The position numbers and the translations under genes are program-made. From the NCBI GenBank assembly GCA_049999805.1, contig JBNGIO010006161.1, forward strand, positions 1 through 64,000: a stretch of DNA of 64,000 bases, given 5' to 3'. Position 1 is the first letter of the stretch; the number at the start of each line of letters is the position of its first letter. This DNA is from Folioceros fuciformis (lineage: Eukaryota). Positions 32,550 to 46,496 of the stretch are shown here, piece by piece. The notes under the pieces are model-generated. The model was given only the letters and a program-made list of their open reading frames with translations, ran no database searches and was not told where the DNA came from.

Positions 32550-33622
32550 TGCCTTCCAGCGCCTCCAGAAGCTTCCGTGATGGAACTTCCCACTCTGAAT
32601 AGATAGCCACCCAGAAGTCCCCACCCTTGTTCCGCCGCATATTGTGCGAAACCGAGGCAGCTCAGCAACCACGTCTACCTCCCCAGCCGTGCCGTGCCCC
32701 CCTTTGTTCTAGCTCCCCAATAATCTGCCAGAATGAGAAGACAGGGTGCAGGTCACAATGGGTCGGCACATCCAAATCACATCCACCGCAAGAACAACCT
32801 GACCCCTCACCTTCCAGTGATGATTTCTGCGGGTCCAAGGAGGAGGCATCCTCACTCAGTCTCAAGCCACAGGGGAGCTGGAGGAATGTCAGCAGCACCT
32901 CGGTTTCCGTGTTGCAGGGTTTGTATGTGAGCAGCCTGCCGCCCTTGTCACCCGCCAGAACGGACAGAGAAACGCCCTCCATCCACGGTGACTGTGGAGC
33001 TCGACACCAACCAGAAGCTCAAGCGGCCTAACTTCGAAGCATTCAAACACGAAACGACACATGACATCACGTCAGGTACCTTGATGTCATGTACCTTCCC
33101 CGGACCTTGGCGCTTCTGTCTGTGACATGCTCGACGCCATCAACATCCACATTGTTTGTGAAGGCGAAAGCAACACCATCACTCGGAGGCCCCACACTGA
33201 GGTAGGCGGCCCGAATCGGGCGTCCGTTTTGTACAGGTCTTTAGTCTCTTGCATGGAACACGAGCCCCAGCTCCCGCCTCCGCCTCCGCCCCCGCCCCCG
33301 CATATGCTCTGCTCATACGCCAGGTTCACAATCGACGGATCCCGAGGCCCGCAGGCCTCCCCACTCCGGTTATAGGAGGTGACGGCGAATGGACGCCAGT
33401 CCGCCAGACCCGTGTACGACTCCTCTCCCTTCCGTCGATCTCCAGGTTCTCTCTGCCCCCGTGACATGATTCCTGGACTCCACCTCCACGCCCTGCAGCT
33501 CCTGCTCTCCATCCCTCACCAGTTGCATTTCCCCCCTTCGCCTCCGCCAGTGCGCAGGCCTCGCACTCCGACCCCGCTGTAATTGTGCCGCTTATCCACA
33601 GCTCGGCGCCGGAGCTCGCCAT
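32550..33622 (-). pseudogene. Strictosidine synthase-like (SSL/APMAP beta-propeller) pseudogene with several frameshifts
   Basis: Collinear motifs in changing frames: SYTGLAD, FAVTSYNRS, EQSICG, DLYKTDARFG, DGVAFAFTNNVDVD, VLAGDKGGRLLTYKP...TEVLLTFLQLPCGLRLSED, AELPRF/HNMRRNKGGDFWVAIY, KLLEALE. Confidence 0.85.
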
Positions 33623-34297
33623 GCTACAACACATCTGTTGCGATATCTGAATCCTGAAAGAAAAAGCCTTGCACCTCAGGCTCTCACATGCAAGAAAAAC
33701 TTGCAAGGGTTCCGGATCTCATCTCCGTGGCCTTGGTTGCAGCAACCTTGCATCGGCCATCTACTCACTCGTTGGAGGCCCTTCCATGAGCATTGTACGT
33801 GGCCAGCGAACTCAGAACCTCCATTTCTAAGGCTTTAACGACTCATCTTCATCGCCACATTCTTGTGTGATGAGACCGAAGACAACGTCGATGAATCGAG
33901 TGTCGGATTAAATAGCTCTGAGAGATCAGGACTGGTGAAATGAAGTAGTCTAGCGCGCAAGATCTCACTCGAGGGAGTGCGACGCCGCTAGAAATCAAAT
34001 TGATCCTAGGCGCAATCCGACGTTGAAGCCTACACGCATCCAGATGGCTCGCCATGCTTGAGGCAGATACGCAACGATTCGCGATTCGGGATTTAGTCGG
34101 CATCGTGGCAAGTGATACGAAGACCGCCATGCACGCGGAAGTCGTGAAACGCGGTGAGTTGAACCGGGGAGACTGAAGAAAGAACCGAAAGACGTCGAGT
34201 ACAAAAAGCGGGCCGCGACCGCATTTGGGTATCTCTACTGGGCGTTCTTTACTGCACAACAGTAGCAGCTGGGAGCTGTAGGCACACGCCAGGCGAG

Positions 34298-37200
34298 ATG
34301 GCAGAGGACGAGGCTAGCAGCGGCAGCAGCAACCACGGCTGGCAGAAAGTGACGAATCCTAGGAGGGCTAGGCGGCGGGAGAGCAAGGCGGTCAACCCTG
34401 GCAAGCCCGCGGGGAGTGGTGAATCGCAGGCCTTCCAGGCGCTGGAAGTGCACGCGGCGGATCGACGTGCTCAGCGGGATTTGACCCTTCTCGCGGCTGC
34501 TGCGCCTGCTCTGGCGGCTCCTCAATCCGATTCCGAGGATGTTGCAGATGTTGTTGCCGCTCCGGCTCCGGTCTCCGACAAGCCGGCCAAACCAAAGAAG
34601 GTCAAAAAGCCTAAAGCGTCTGTGGCGCAGTTGGCTGCTGGGATAGTTCCATCTGAGCTCTCCATCTTCCTCGATGGTGTGACGGTACCCCCGCTATTTC
34701 TGCGCCTCGTCTTCCTCTGCCTGCCAGGGCCTTGGGATTGTTTAACTGAGTCTCTGTGGCTTACAATGGTGGAATTGGTGTTTGCAGGAATCGTACCCGT
34801 CGGCGCCTGACGTCCAGCTGATGCGATTTGCGGACTACTTCGGTCATGTCTTCCAACCTGTCACCGTTTCCCAGTTTGCTTGGCACAAGATCTTGAGCGA
34901 AACGCCTCTCCCGGATGTTGTTGAGGTAGGTTGGGTCCATTGCAGCGATGCGCCTAGGAAAGTGAAGCGTGCTGTGGTTTCGGGAAGGGTATTTTCCCAT
35001 TTCCTAGTCTCCGGTTTGGGTTTGAGCTGATATGTTGACGATCGGTTTTCCAGATTCCCTTCTCCTACCTGGCAGATGGTGTCGCCAAAATTGCTTCTGA
35101 CTGGTTGGCTAATAGGCCCGCCGAGGATCTGTCCAAATTTATGTTCTGGCTGCTGAAGGCTGTCGTGAGCGAAAGCCACGCACATGCGAAGCCGTCAGAG
35201 ACCGCGAAAGTAAGGAGTTTAGTCCGTTCCTTATGCCCACTCCCAGTGCTACTGTCGCACGGTTCTGTTCGGTTACAGTCTGTCAATGTCTGTTCCTAAT
35301 TGCATTTACTTGTGGTCCAGGTGGGGGTTGTTGTTGTGCTTGCACTTATGTTGAGGAGAAGACCTGATATTCTGCTACACAAAGCATCCCTTGTTTTGGG
35401 CGATTCTCAACTGCAGGGTCATGATAAGCTTCCTTCTTTGGTGTGGGTTTACGGACAGGTGAAAGCCATGCTTTTGCTGTGAGTATGCGACAGGGTGCTT
35501 TGGTTTTTAGACTTGATAGGGAGGGTTTTGTGTCATTCTCAACGAGAACTCGTCACATCTACTCATTAGAGCACGTTTCATTGCGGTGTTTCTTGTTCTT
35601 CCTTCTTATTCACTCTTTGGCCTCCTTCCTCCAGGCCGCTCGTGGGGACCTAGTCGTTGGCATGTCCTTATGGGTGCAAAATCTTTTGCCCCTTGCGGCA
35701 GCTAAGTCTAGTCCACAATCAACGAAGTACATCACAGCAATGTTCATGCAGAGGTAGAAAGCTGGTAACTGCTTTGCCACAGCTATTCTCCTACTTTAAT
35801 GCTACATGGTCTTTCAGATTTCACACGGTACACTGGCAGGGTTCTCTTGGCAAACCTCAAGAAGGCACGTGCAGTGCTGCTGAATGGTGCCAGTAGGAAA
35901 GGGGAAAGACTTGTTCCTCCAGCAGCTTTGGATACTTTGCTTCGGCTTGCTTATCCTTCAGGATCTGGGGGTGCAATGGTACAAACAAGATTCTGATGCA
36001 ATGTTTCCTAGTTGTTTGGTTGTGAAGCTCGACTGTCATCCCTTCTGTCGAGTTAGTTATCTTTTCTTTGACTTCATGGCATGTGACAGTCTCATATTGT
36101 GTTTGTGTGCAGGTAACAGAGGTGTTTCGTGCACTATATCCTCTTGTAAGGGAACTCTGCTTGTCGGGTTCCTTTGGGACAAAAGCCACAAAGCCTGTCG
36201 CTCAACAACTTTTCTTGTTGAGTCTTTCGGCTGCAGCCTCTGGTACGGTGGTCACCTGTTTGATCCCCACTCTCTGAAATAACTATGCCTCGCAAGATCT
36301 CACTTCAAGGCATCTGTGTTTTCTGAAACAATTCCAGATGTCGAGGAGCTTGCAAATGAAGCCTGTCAAAACTTCGTTTGGTGCTTGCAACAGGATCCGG
36401 ATAGCTACAATCGATGGGTATGTCATTACTGCTTTGCCCTCTTGCTGTCTGTCAGTACTGGACAAGCTTGAGGTGTGAATCTTCAACAGCATAGGAGATG
36501 CTAGAATGCACTTAGCATTCATTCACTATATGTCCCAGTAGCTTCGTCAACATTCCCTTGGTGAAGATTGAGTAAGACTATGATAGAAGCACCCTCATCT
36601 GGTGTAGGAAGCTAGTGCTTTCTGTGGTATGTGGCCTCTGTGTGCTCGGATCACTGCAATATGAAAAGTCTTACTGAAGGTTCGCTATAGTCAGTGCTAT
36701 TTGTCGTCTGGGGCCTGCCTTTGCATGTATCTTTGCAATGACACTTATATAAGCTTGGCTGGATAAGTGCTCGGGTATTATGGAGTCTCGTGGGCTGCTG
36801 GTATACTGACGGTTGCAATAACGCTTCTATTAGCTTAGCTGGATTAGTGCTCTTGTGTAGAGGAGACTCGTGGGCTGCTGGTACGCTGACGTTGATCTGC
36901 GTTATGTTTGTCAAACAGGAGAAACTGCACTTGAGTAATCTTATTGCCAGTGTTCGAATATTGCGATATCTCAGCAGGAACTGGAAGGAGAATGTTGCCC
37001 GGCTCTCACCACTGAATGATTTGCAAAGGACAATCGCGTCGTTTAGGTCCATGGTAGGGGTTCCCTCCCTTCTCTGAATGTTGATTCTACTACTGATGGC
37101 GCATCCTGCTTGTGTGCTATTGATTGGCCTAGAGGCTCGACGACTCAGTCCATTGGACATGCTTGCAGCATCAGAAAGCCCTAAAGACAGCGGACAGTGA

Positions 37201-37408
37201 AGAGTCAAAGCGTTTGTTGAAGGAAGCTGACAGCGTGAGCAAAGCTGTGGCGAAGAACGCGTACGTCGTCCCAGCTTGTGTGAAGGGTCTGGCTACTGCT
37301 GCGGTCGGTGTGGCTCTGGCATATGGGTTCTATCAACTTAGCCCGCCTGTGAATCCTTGGAATTGGGATGGCGGACTACTACTGAGCAAGACGCATTCAT
37401 TCTTCTGA
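34298..37408 (+). CDS. TMEM214-like (DUF2359) membrane protein, multi-exon
   Basis: NHGWQKVTNPRR, KPKKVKKPKASV, ESYPSAPDVQLMRFADYFG, VLALMLRRRPDIL, ARAVLLNGASRKGERLVPPAAL, LYPLVRELCL; C-terminal hydrophobic ATAAVGVALAYGFY. Confidence 0.88.
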
Positions 37409-37870
37409 GGGCAGTAGAGGCCTGACTCTCCGGTAGCGAGCGTTTTGCTAATAGTTTGTAATTGTGGACAAGTCCACATTCATTCTTTGAAGGAACGCTG
37501 TATGATCTGAACAGTGGACCACCCACTACACTGTTGTTTCAACGGTTAAAGCACACTGGGAGGTATCTGGAGTCTGGTGTGCTGAGATGCCTGTGCATTT
37601 TGAGTGAGTCGCCCATCGCGGGCATTACATCTCAGAGTGGATCTCACAGCCATTGCGTGGCAAGTGAATCTCCACTCACTTCTGTTACCGGCATTGACTA
37701 GGAGGTAAAGATGGGACAGCCGTTCAATAATTCAACGACGGACATCTGTTTCCAAGGTATTTCCCATGCCTTATTCTATGCGAATTATGGACGAAGTCCT
37801 GACATGTAGAATCCAAGTGCCAATGATGAGCTGCATACCATGTAGAACAGAACCCACGGTTTTTGTCCTG

Positions 37871-40663
37871 TCACCAATTTCGATCATGTGGCTCAGGATA
37901 TGGAAACCCGAGGTTTTCAAATACTTCTTGCTCCGTCAAACATGGAACGGACACATTGGTGGACGCGCCCTGCACGCGTACACTCGGTGAGTTCGCCACT
38001 TGGGTATCAAGAACTCTGGGGCAGAGGTGTCTTCACAAAGCTGTTCAAGAAAACATACACTTCTCTGCTTCGAAGGTCGCAGAAACAAGCCCGAGTCATT
38101 CAGCTTGTACCCCTTCGTTGTCGCTGCATATCTAAGCCTGGGAGATGCAATGTCCAATATGCAGCAAATTAGTCCAACAAAACCAAACAATGTGCAGGAA
38201 CCGGTAGAACACCAGAAGTGAAGTTGCTTGCGTACCTGCGGTTCAGAACATCGTTTCCAGTGAAGGCAAGCAATGCGAATGCGTACATATGCTTTGGATA
38301 TACCTGGGACGGCAGGAAACTTCAGTGACGCCAGAACCAAGAATAAGGGTGAACGGTTGCCAAAGACTGGCCAGCGGCAGTCAGACCTTGATGTCTATTC
38401 GCCTGTGAGTGGGAAACCCAGAAACTTTGCAGATTCCCATGAACGAGTCCACCTGATGCTTTGTACCCTGGTTCCAGTGAAACTATAAGCCATCCGAGCT
38501 CGCAAGATAACACATAAGGATGCATTCAAGAGAACAGCACATGGCATGTACCTCCATGCTGTGATCAGTGAAATCAAGGCTGGCTGCTAAGAACCCAACT
38601 AGTGTAAGCTTGTCTACAAGTTTTGCTAGAAGGCCCTCCTGACTGCGGCCCACAGTCCAATGTGTCACTCCTACTGGGCATGCACAGGGTACACACGAGA
38701 AGATGAAATGACAAGCATGGTGAACCATTTTGGCCCACCTCTGTCCGTCAGGATGAGTGATCAGTATGTCAATGTCGCCACAGGTTGCTTGGCCCCGACG
38801 ATAGGATCCTGTGGCTCGTGCCCAGACCTGCAGCAGAGCACGCTCCCCAAGTTCGTAAGACTTATGGCAAATTGCAAATCTACATGACAAATGTGCGGGT
38901 CCTACTGCCAGCAGAACAAGCAAGCGTTAACAACCTTGTGTGTAATGACTTACCCCGGCACAAAGACCTTCTGCTACCAGCACAACGAACTTCTCTGCCT
39001 CATGAACTTCTTCTCGAGGAATGCGCAGGTTGAGGTCGTCGTGGAACCTCAAACCCAACTTGGACATATGAGTCAAAGATGGATCATTCGCAATATCATC
39101 CAAGGTCCGGTGGCCTGCTTGATAAAGCTTTCGTGCAAGTTTAGGGCCAATTCCCCACACTGAACTGAACAGACAAATTGTCTGGACCTGTATTCGGATT
39201 CCATATAATTCAGAACTTTACCATACAAAAGCGTCTCTGTAAGCATCGCAACCAAGTAGGGCACAAAGGAAAGAGGACCTGCTCATTTGCTTGCAAATTA
39301 TCAAGCTTCTGCAAACGCCCAGTAGTGATAATTTCCTTCACCTTCGCTAGGATAGAGCTTCCCAGTCCATTCACGCTCTTGAGCTGCTGAGCATTTGTGA
39401 GTTTGTAAGGAAGCCTGTCAATTTGGTTCCCAGCCTGCAAGGCCCAAATCAGCTTAGCTATGTGAAGAAAGCAAGTGAGAGGGTTCAGCGTCATTTGGCA
39501 GAACAAAACAATTGCACAAAGGTCTGAAGAGTGTCTCAAAAACTGCTGCAATACAGTACTTTCTTGTATGTTAAAGCCCGCCATTCATCCCCAAAAGCGT
39601 CTTCATAAATGTGCCACATATCCCTCAGTGGCTTGGTAATGTGTGCATTCAAGGTACTTTGTTCATACTTTTCCCCCTCCCCAAGCCCACCCTGGAGATT
39701 TTCAAAGTCTGCATCTTCATCGTCCTCGGAATCCAAGTTATCAACGTTCTTTCCATGTCCAAACTCCTGTTTGTCCCCGCTGGAAAGCAAAGAGCCTGGA
39801 AGAGCGTTAGCAGCTCCATCTGCCTCCAGTTGCACTCTTGGACCAATACCGATCTCCCCCACATCTTTTACTTCTGCTGGCGTGGTCTGACCACCTTGAC
39901 AGACCACATCCTCCGTTCTCTGAAAGGAACGGACGGATTTTGCATCCTCCTGTGCACGTCCAGGGGCAACACCGACCGAGGGTGATGGAGCTTCAGGTTC
40001 CACAGACTTTGAGAGGATATAGCGCTCACAGGAAACTAACCTGCCTTCTTTGAGACAGTCTTCTATCCAACTGTACCGGACAAAGCACTGGCACCAAGAA
40101 CATCAGAAGAATGAGATTTGCCTCTGCCTCCACAAGCCTACCTACAAATGTGGAAAGCAAAATGTGCACTGAGTAGTGAATAATTCACACACTACCAGGT
40201 TGTCCAGCCCAGCAGGGAAATCCTTCTTCACAAACGAGAAATCTGTAGCCAGGACATGAGTGACTTCAGTTGCTTGCTCTGCAAGCGTCTCAGCAACCGA
40301 ACCCCCCAACAGGACAACCTTGTCCTTCCATATCTGCAGAAGACAAGCAAGATTGGAAGGGAAAACAAGAAGGATCCAATTGAGCCGTCTTCTCCGTACT
40401 AGGAGGATGCAGAGGTAGAGAGGTAACAGAATTACCTTCAGTCGTTTGCTGCTTGTTCCCCCTTCAACAAAATAGGCACAAACACCAGAGAAAAAACCAG
40501 AGGAAAGGCTCCCGGGGACTGCACCCGGCCCTCTTCCGTCTCCAACCGATTGTGATTTGGATCTGACCTTTGAACCCGGCACCTGAGTCACACGTTGCGG
40601 CAAGTCACCAGTGGATTTGCGCCTCTTAGCGCCGGCATGCCTGAATTCTGAGAGACTGTTCAT
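37871..40663 (-). CDS. POLL: DNA polymerase lambda (family X) with N-terminal BRCT domain, multi-exon
   Basis: BRCT-like FFSGVCAYF...[11 protein letters not shown]...VTHVLA; lyase domain [91 protein letters not shown]. Confidence 0.95.
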
Positions 40664-40920
40664 CCCGCATGTCCGCCTAGAACATCCTGTTTTTCATGGA
40701 CTGCATCTCAGTCCACGGTGCTGTGCCGATCCTCGGCAGTTGCGACTGTAAAACGAGTACATATTTAGAGAGAACCCACTACGCTTTTTGGCAAGATCGC
40801 AGCACGGAAGGTGGTTTACTTTCCGTAATGCTCACCCAAGCAGCGTCATCCCATCCGGAGGGGAGATAAGTGGCGTGTGCTACCAGCGATGTGCTGGCTC
40901 GGTTGCCAGCGCCAGCAGCA

Positions 40921-42279
40921 ATGCAGCAGAGGGAGGAGATGGTTCACAGGAATTCCTTTATGGATCCCAACTCGGGAAGATGTGATGACAAGCCGGCGCA
41001 TCTAGAAATCTACGTGGTTGAAGGCGGTGACAAAGGCATCTCAGACGTGGAGATGGAGAGCGCAACGTGGAGCCAACTCCCTGAGGAGGTGATAGAGCAA
41101 GTGCTGCTGCTGCTGCCGTCCTCGGCCCAGGCTCGATTCCGAGCCGTTTGCAGAGCCTGGCTGTGGCTGCTCTCGTCTCCCGGCTTCATGCACAGGAGTG
41201 CCTGCCTGGCCCTGACCCTTCCCTCGGTTGTCTGCGCTTTCCAGTTCAGGCCCCGGTCCAAAGTGGCACCGGACAGAGACGAGATACAGGTGTGGCGAGC
41301 ACGGTATCACAAGACCGTGAATCTGGACTTGTCCTTTTTGCCACCCCTGTTCGCCAACTGGAATCCCGTGACCAAGCTGCAGGTGGTGCACTCTAGCGGC
41401 GGGCTCATCTGCTTGCAGTGCACGACAAGGAATTCTGACACGCTGCGGTTTTGTGTCCTGAACCCGATGAACCTGACGTATAGAGAACTGCCAGAGCTTG
41501 TCGTTGCGAGAACCGGATGGAGATATTCTGATTGTATTGCTGGGCGTCCAGGCATGAAGGTGGTGTTGGTGGTAGACAAGAAGAAGGGAGGTTTAGGGTC
41601 CACCACTTGCTCATCCTTCAAGGTTATCGTCATACGGGTAGTGTCATCCAGGTCGGTGGACGATGTGGGGAAGTTCTGTGTCTACAGCAGCATCTCTGAT
41701 GAATGGAAGGTCCTCTACGGAAGAGGAGAGCACAGCGTGGATTTCTCTACCGTCGTGTATAATTATTTCTCAGGCTGTAACCACCTTGTTCTCTGCAATG
41801 AGTCCCTCTTTGTTAGCATGGGGTGTAAGCTGCGGAAGCTGAGCACCGAAACCGGTGGATGTGTGGGTGGAGCAATCGCCATGCCTCAGTTTGAGCACTA
41901 CTGGGTTGAGATGCCTGGCCAGTGGTGGGGGAGTCACAGTGGTGACTTTGAAGTCTATCTTGCAGAGCATGATGGAACCCTCATGGCCTGTTCTGGTGCA
42001 GTCTGGACGCTTGATTTTTCTCGGCTGCAGTGGGAGCAGACTGTAGACGCACCTGAAGAACTTCTGGCCAAAATGGAGTCACTTACTGGCACGAGCAGGA
42101 AGTTTTTCGGCTTGGACAACGTCCAGGTTGCTGGAGACCTCCTCCTTATGACCTTGAGAGAGTCTGCTTGCTGTCAGATCTTCGCTTATCATCTGCGTCA
42201 CCGCTGTTGGAGCAAGCTTTCGAACCTACATGATGGCTTTCAGTTCATGGAGCTCAGATCAGGTGTTCGCCTTCAGTGA
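40921..42279 (+). CDS. F-box protein with beta-rich (FBA/kelch-like) C-terminus, intronless
   Basis: WSQLPEEVIEQVLLLLPSSAQARFRAVCRAWLWLLSSPGF; SSGGLICL, FCVLNPMNLTYRELP, VYSSISDEWK. Confidence 0.88.
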   Translation: MQQREEMVHRNSFMDPNSGRCDDKPAHLEIYVVEGGDKGISDVEMESATWSQLPEEVIEQVLLLLPSSAQARFRAVCRAWLWLLSSPGFMHRSACLALTLPSVVCAFQFRPRSKVAPDRDEIQVWRARYHKTVNLDLSFLPPLFANWNPVTKLQVVHSSGGLICLQCTTRNSDTLRFCVLNPMNLTYRELPELVVARTGWRYSDCIAGRPGMKVVLVVDKKKGGLGSTTCSSFKVIVIRVVSSRSVDDVGKFCVYSSISDEWKVLYGRGEHSVDFSTVVYNYFSGCNHLVLCNESLFVSMGCKLRKLSTETGGCVGGAIAMPQFEHYWVEMPGQWWGSHSGDFEVYLAEHDGTLMACSGAVWTLDFSRLQWEQTVDAPEELLAKMESLTGTSRKFFGLDNVQVAGDLLLMTLRESACCQIFAYHLRHRCWSKLSNLHDGFQFMELRSGVRLQ

Positions 42280-42929
42280 TAGACCTACCCACTTGTGTAC
42301 AGTACATACATACCTAGATACAATCTGGCATCCCTTTGAGAGGGATTTTTTCGGACAAATCCGCCTCCTGCCTCCGTAGTGGGCGGCTGACGATGCACTA
42401 AGGATAGGGTTCGAAGATATTCTCCTTTCTCCCAATAATACTCTCATGGCCCAACTGTACTCTTCCAATGCTGCAGAGAGACGTCTTCACAAAGATACCG
42501 TACCATAGGTCTGTATCTCAACGTAATCCCATGGCCCAGTACTCCCATATCCTTCTTCCTCCGCAATCAAAATCAAAGTAGCTTTCCTGTGGAAAACTAA
42601 AGGAACTAGAGCTTCTCATTAGTGGAAGAAGTTTACGCATTTCCCTTGACGTTGAGTTTCGGTACCGAATAATATATTAAAAATATGAATATTTCATTTT
42701 TAATCAGAAGAAAAGAAAGGAGTATCTGTTTGTGCTCAAGCGTTGTCAGTTGGCGCTCGAGCCTCTTTGGGGTTCCCAGCAGTCAGCTGTAACGTAATCC
42801 CAATCCCGTGAACCGGACAGAGAGAAAACCGCCCACTTCAGCTGGTGCTCTCACGCTGGCAAGAGGGGCTGTGTGTTGGCCCTGAGACTCACAGAGAGTT
42901 GTGCATTTTCCCTCTCTAAGCTCGTAGGC

Positions 42930-45900
42930 ATGGGATGCGTTTGCAGCCATGAGACGACAACAGACACTGCATCCACGGGTGCTCAGGTCTGCCAAAAACT
43001 GTGCCCTCAAACACAGCTATGATCGTCCAATTCGATCATGATCAGGTGCTTGAAGCCTAGGGTGTGGCTTGCAGAACCCCGGTGTTATCTCGGAGAAGCG
43101 GGCTTGCACGAATGGCTGCTTTCTTCTGCTCTTCGGTGCCTTCTGGGTACAGTACTTTCTCTGTGTTTGGAAATTAGCGAGGCGTTAACTTTGCATGTAT
43201 TGTGTGATCGATGTGCTTCCTCCGCGTCGGCTCTCACACAATGTCATCCATTTTTCAGGTTGGGATGATTGTCTTGGGCGTCACGGCGTTTGCAGAGGGC
43301 AACACGAATAGGTTGGTGTGAAACTAGTTTGTCTGACTGAGAGTTTCTTGGACAAACGGAGCAAGACGTCTTGGCGTTCTGGACGGCCTGACTTGAATCC
43401 CTTGTGCAGGATATTGTACGGGATGGACATGGCTGGCAACATCTGTGGAACCAATGAGTCATTCTACATTGGCTCCAATCCGCCGGACTTCACTCGCAGA
43501 AGGAACATTTATTGGTGGCATCTTCCATCCTTTTGGAATGCATTCGTTTCTTCCGCACTGCTGAATTTTGAGGCTAGGTATGTTGAACGCGTTCATGTAC
43601 CGTGCGTGTTCTTAGGTTGGATCCAACGGAGTTTGTGACCAGCGATGATCTGACCGTCATGAAGACTGTCTGCCTCAGTTCGTGCCCCACTGATGTAGGC
43701 TACGGCTCTGCACCTTCGATGCCTTGTACGCGTTTCTCTTCCTTTAAATAAGTGAAGGCTTCCCCAATCTTTTGCTGTAATAGCCCTCAATGTGAACATG
43801 CATTGCTCCTAGTGGGAATTTGCATTGGGCCAATTTTCTCTACTACGTGTCAGAATGAACAACTTTTGTTTTTTCAGACTGCTTCATGAGTGCAAGGTTT
43901 GGTATGTTGTCCTTTCCCCTTCAGAATCACTACTGTCTCCTAACCATGCCTCTTACGGAGCTCTACATTGTATTGCAGACTAGCTCCTACGTATGTGTGT
44001 ACAACAAGACTTGGGACACTGACTACTATGATTCGCTGTCGGATGACAAAAAATTGACATCCCAAGAAGGTATCAGAACCTGCTCCCCTGGTGCCGCGAC
44101 AGATGAGCTGCTGATGCTACCTGTACAGCTGTTCCACACAATTTGGCAACCGCAAGGCTTTTGTCTGAAGAAAAGTCCGTACATTCTTCACAGGAAAGGG
44201 TCCTTGTTACAGGGTCCTGATGGCAACGTATACGCTTCTCAACAAATGCTTCCCTCGTCCTCCTGATTCTGTTGCAAATGCTTCAGCAAAAGGTGTAGTT
44301 TACCCTGACATGGACAACGAGATAGCTAGGGACCAGATTGTGACTTCTGCACACGTTCAGGTGATGGACACTGGTAAGTGGCAAGCTGATTGGGACGTCT
44401 AAAGTCCACTACATGATTGACACCTACAAAAGGTCACCGATGGTGTCACCATGAAAATCATTAGGAACGTTTGCATGATTGGAGCAGGCCAACGTGAGAA
44501 TGGCGTCGGAATTGTAGACGGCATGACTGTCATGAACGATGACAGCAATATGACAGTGATATACGAGAGACTCACAAAGCAGTTCAGCAAAGCAAGGTTG
44601 GTCCTTCTATGAGCCTTCACCAACTGATCAGGATGTAGAACAGCAGCACAATCAGGTTAGCAGTGGATGCTGATTGTTATGGATCTTCTCAGACTTGTGG
44701 AATACTTGGCTGACCTGCTGAAAGGTTACATCATCATCTTGGCATGTGGTATGGGAGGAGGTATGGTCCTGTCATTCGTGTGGATTGGGCTGATGCGAAA
44801 TTGTGCGGGGTTCATGACATGGACAACAATCTGTCTGACCAACTTCACAATTTTGAGCTTCACTCTCTTCTGTTACGTAAAAGCAGGTCACCCCCTCGCA
44901 TCCTTTGCAGGGTGTTGCTGATAGGCGACCCTTTCAAGTCAGAATGGTTCTTCAGTAGACCTGTTTCCCTGGACTTGATGCAGGCAAGTTAGCCGGATCA
45001 GCCCTAGGAGAAAGGTTGGAAAGAGAAACAGGGCCGTTACCTTCAGCATTTGATCCCTCGTCGACAAACAAGAAGGTTTTCGAAATATTGGCCTACGTAA
45101 TGACAGGAGCCACAGTTCTAGGCCTAGTTTTAACAGTGGTGATGCGCAAACGAATAGCTGTGGCCATTGCTTGTATTGAAATTGCCAGCAGTGCCGTTGC
45201 TTCTCTGCCGTGTCTCCTTCTCTTCCCCATCTTCCCCTTCATTCTGTGTGCCATTCTGGTCATCTGGTGGCTTCTGGTCGCAATATATCTCTACACCGAT
45301 GGGCAAGTGGATGTGGAAGCAAATGGTGCATACACTGTCCACTGGGACAACACTCTGAGATACATGGGAATATACCACCTCTTCGGCCTTCTATGGACCT
45401 GGCAGTTCATCAATGGTAAGGAGCCTCTTACTGCCTGCAGATTTGCCACCGTAGCTCAAGAGTATGTGCCTTGTGTTGCATCACCCTCGAACACACGTTT
45501 TGACAGGAATTGGGGATGTCGTCATTGCGGGCGCCGTGTCCTTATTCTACTGGCAGCAAGGGGATCCAACTGGGAAGCCTTTGTGCATTTCTTTGAAAAG
45601 GACCTTCCGGTATCACCTTGGAACCATTGCTCTCGGTTCTATGATAATTGCTGTTCTCCAGTTCGTTAGGCTCATCTTCGAGTATGTGAAGAGGAAGACA
45701 AAGCCCATGACGGATGGTGTGATGATTGCACGCTTCGTTCTTGGCATGATTCGCTGCTTTCTTTGGGTTGTAGAGGCAATGCTCACGTTTGTAAACAGGT
45801 GACAATCTTTATCTCCCTTGGTCTCATCGAGACATGTGGTCTAAACTGAAGACATAACATTCTACTTTTGCTACCAGGAATGCCTACATCGTGGTCGCCA

Positions 45901-46496
45901 TCAAGGGCACAGGCTACTGTGCGTCAGCAGCACATGCCGTGGGACTTATCTTGAAGAATGTGCTGCGAGTTAGCACAATCAACGTGCTGTCAGGAATGAT
46001 AATATTCGTCGGCCAACTCATGGTAGCACTTGCTTGTGGACTTGCTGCCTTTTCTATCTGCGAGTGGAAAACATACTCCGATCCTGCCTCTAGACGATAC
46101 CTCTCGAGCCCTTTGCTCCCTGTCACATGTTCTGCAGTCGTTGGCTATCTCATCTCGCAAATCTTCTTGCAGGTAAGACAAATCAACTGAATCCTGACTC
46201 CCTTGGACCGTTGTATATGTACATCTGATGTAACTTCGCCTCTGCAGGTCTATGATATGGGCATCGACACCATTATGCTCTGCTTCTTTGAGGACTGCAA
46301 CCTCCATGACAATAAGCCTCTCTTTGCCCCAACCATTCTCATCGATGCTCTGGGACTGAAGAGAGACATGAGTGCTGCCGCGACAGAAATGCCGGAAGGT
46401 GTCAGCCTGCCACCTGAGCAGGCACCTCCATCTCGTGCCCGACTTTCTCAAAGATCCTTGAGCAAACCGCTAAACGCCATCCCAAACCCTCCTTGA
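42930..46496 (+). CDS. Choline transporter-like (CTL/SLC44) membrane protein, multi-exon
   Basis: KRACTNGCFLLLFGAFW, ILYGMDMAGNICG, YMGIYHLFGLLWTWQFI, FRYHLGTIALGSMII, FVNRNAYIVVAIKGTGYCASA, VYDMGIDTIMLCFFED. Start inferred at MGCVCS. Confidence 0.92.
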
